DNA of 63,918 bases, counting the filler, from Nemertoderma westbladi (Eukaryota > Animalia > Xenacoelomorpha): assembly GCA_032718475.1 (NCBI GenBank). It is 4 parts of 4 records of this genome, joined end to end, with 100 filler letters (N's around TTAATTAATTAA, not from the genome) between each part and the next. Parts side by side here need not be neighbours in the genome. Positions count along the whole stretch, not along the records: positions 60,057 to 63,918 come from JAUCBJ010003683.1; 3 more parts are not named here. One strand, written 5' to 3'. Of the stretch, positions 62,881 through 63,918 are shown piece after piece. Positions within the stretch are counted from its first letter, which is position 1. Each line of letters opens with the position of its first letter. Position numbers and translations under genes: made by a program. Under the pieces are notes generated by a model that ran no database searches, was not told the origin of the DNA, and saw only the letters and a list, made by a program, of their open reading frames with translations.

Positions 62881-63360
62881 GTGAAGAATACCAGGATTTC
62901 ACTTTCAGATTCTATCCATCGTACGGTAACTGTAAACTTACTTTGCTATACATTCTATTATAATATCCACAGGACAACACATTATTGCTTTGATTGGTAT
63001 ATCTATTCACACAGACAGCTCTGGACCCATAGTAAAATACAACCTACTGTTTCCCAACATAGTTGTTGTCCTAAAAATAAACAGTAGTAGTGGGTCTAGT
63101 GTGTGGTGTGGTGGGTAAGGCGGCGTTTAATAACTTTTAGAGCACTACCCTCAGCTATGTCACCAACAGTAAGCTGCGTCTGAGTCCGCAGTTTATTGAC
63201 CAATCAGATCCCCGACAAATACATAAATATATTGCAGATAGAACTGAACGTTTTGGCGCTCATATTCCAACAAACACTCTATCTAAATTTCCTACAAATT
63301 GGTTTACTTATTATTATTATGTAATTAATTAATCGCGAAATTAAAATCCCATTAACTCAC

Positions 63361-63619
63361 GTGGTCTCCTCATCCCAGTATCCACACAAGGGGACCTCCT
63401 TGAGGGATTGGTTGCTATGCTGCATGTTAATTGTGATTGGCTCAGCCAGCTCCACTCTATCCAACCCATTGATAGTCACGGAAACCACGTCGCTATTGAC
63501 GACCACCAATGGCTCGTGCTCCGCTACAGACCGCTTCCCGCGTAACCGTTGTCCAGGTGGTTGGCGTAGAATAGGGCCCAGGTTCCGGTACTCCATGTAA
63601 ATAACGTAACTAGCTTTAC
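63361..63619 (-). CDS. Internal exon of an adhesion GPCR (GAIN domain up to the start of the GPS motif)
   Basis: YRNLGPIL...VNSDVVSVTI...LAEPITINMQH...PLCGYWD; acceptor CGCGCAG| at 63620 and donor |GTGAGT at 63360. Confidence 0.85.
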
Positions 63620-63918
63620 CTGCGCGACAGGGAGGAGGTACAAGGTGATAGGATAGTTAATCGATAAAAAAAGAGAGAGTACACAACAATAATACCAGCA
63701 TAAATTATTATATCACCATTGACGTTATTCCCATCACAGGGGGAACTCGACTCAAATCCAAGTTAAAATAAGTCTGTTATATAACGTTTTCTCAACTGTT
63801 TTGCCTGAAACTAAAACCAATATAGCAAATGAATAAGTTATGATTCCGGTTTATCTATAAGAACAAAATTAAAAAGTAACTTTTTCGAGTTTTCCTATCG
63901 TTAGTTTCAGTGTCTCCA

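Overview
This is AT-rich, repeat-dense eukaryotic DNA, most likely from an invertebrate animal, and it is not prokaryotic. It consists of four contigs joined by artificial 100-bp N44-TTAATTAATTAA-N44 linkers. Host genes are a complete two-exon CDC27/APC3 gene (25111-31377), a single-ORF Cys-rich secreted or GPI-anchored Ly6/uPAR-like gene (55788-56507) and one internal exon of an adhesion GPCR with a GAIN/GPS domain (63361-63619, minus strand). The rest is mobile DNA and satellites. Retroelements include CR1-group, RTE, RTEX/Proto2-like and CRE-clade non-LTR elements, a BEL/Pao gag remnant and a tRNA-derived SINE. DNA elements include an IS3EU-like DDE remnant with long TIRs, a Harbinger MITE, and Helitron/Helentron and Crypton-like ends. 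Tandem arrays have units of 31, 18, 13, 5 and 71 bp. Three observations stand out. (1) A near-full-length APE-type LINE carries an intact Ulp1/SENP-like cysteine protease triad in ORF1 and is inserted in a 71-bp satellite. (2) A non-coding ~1.2-kb TGT...ACA element family with a 5-bp TSD and covarying hairpins has three clearly readable junctions, all in LINE ORF2 sequence. (3) A CRE retrotransposon is apparently bounded by a 101-bp target-site duplication and may carry a ~4-kb 3' transduction. All family assignments come from motif recognition by eye; no database search was run.
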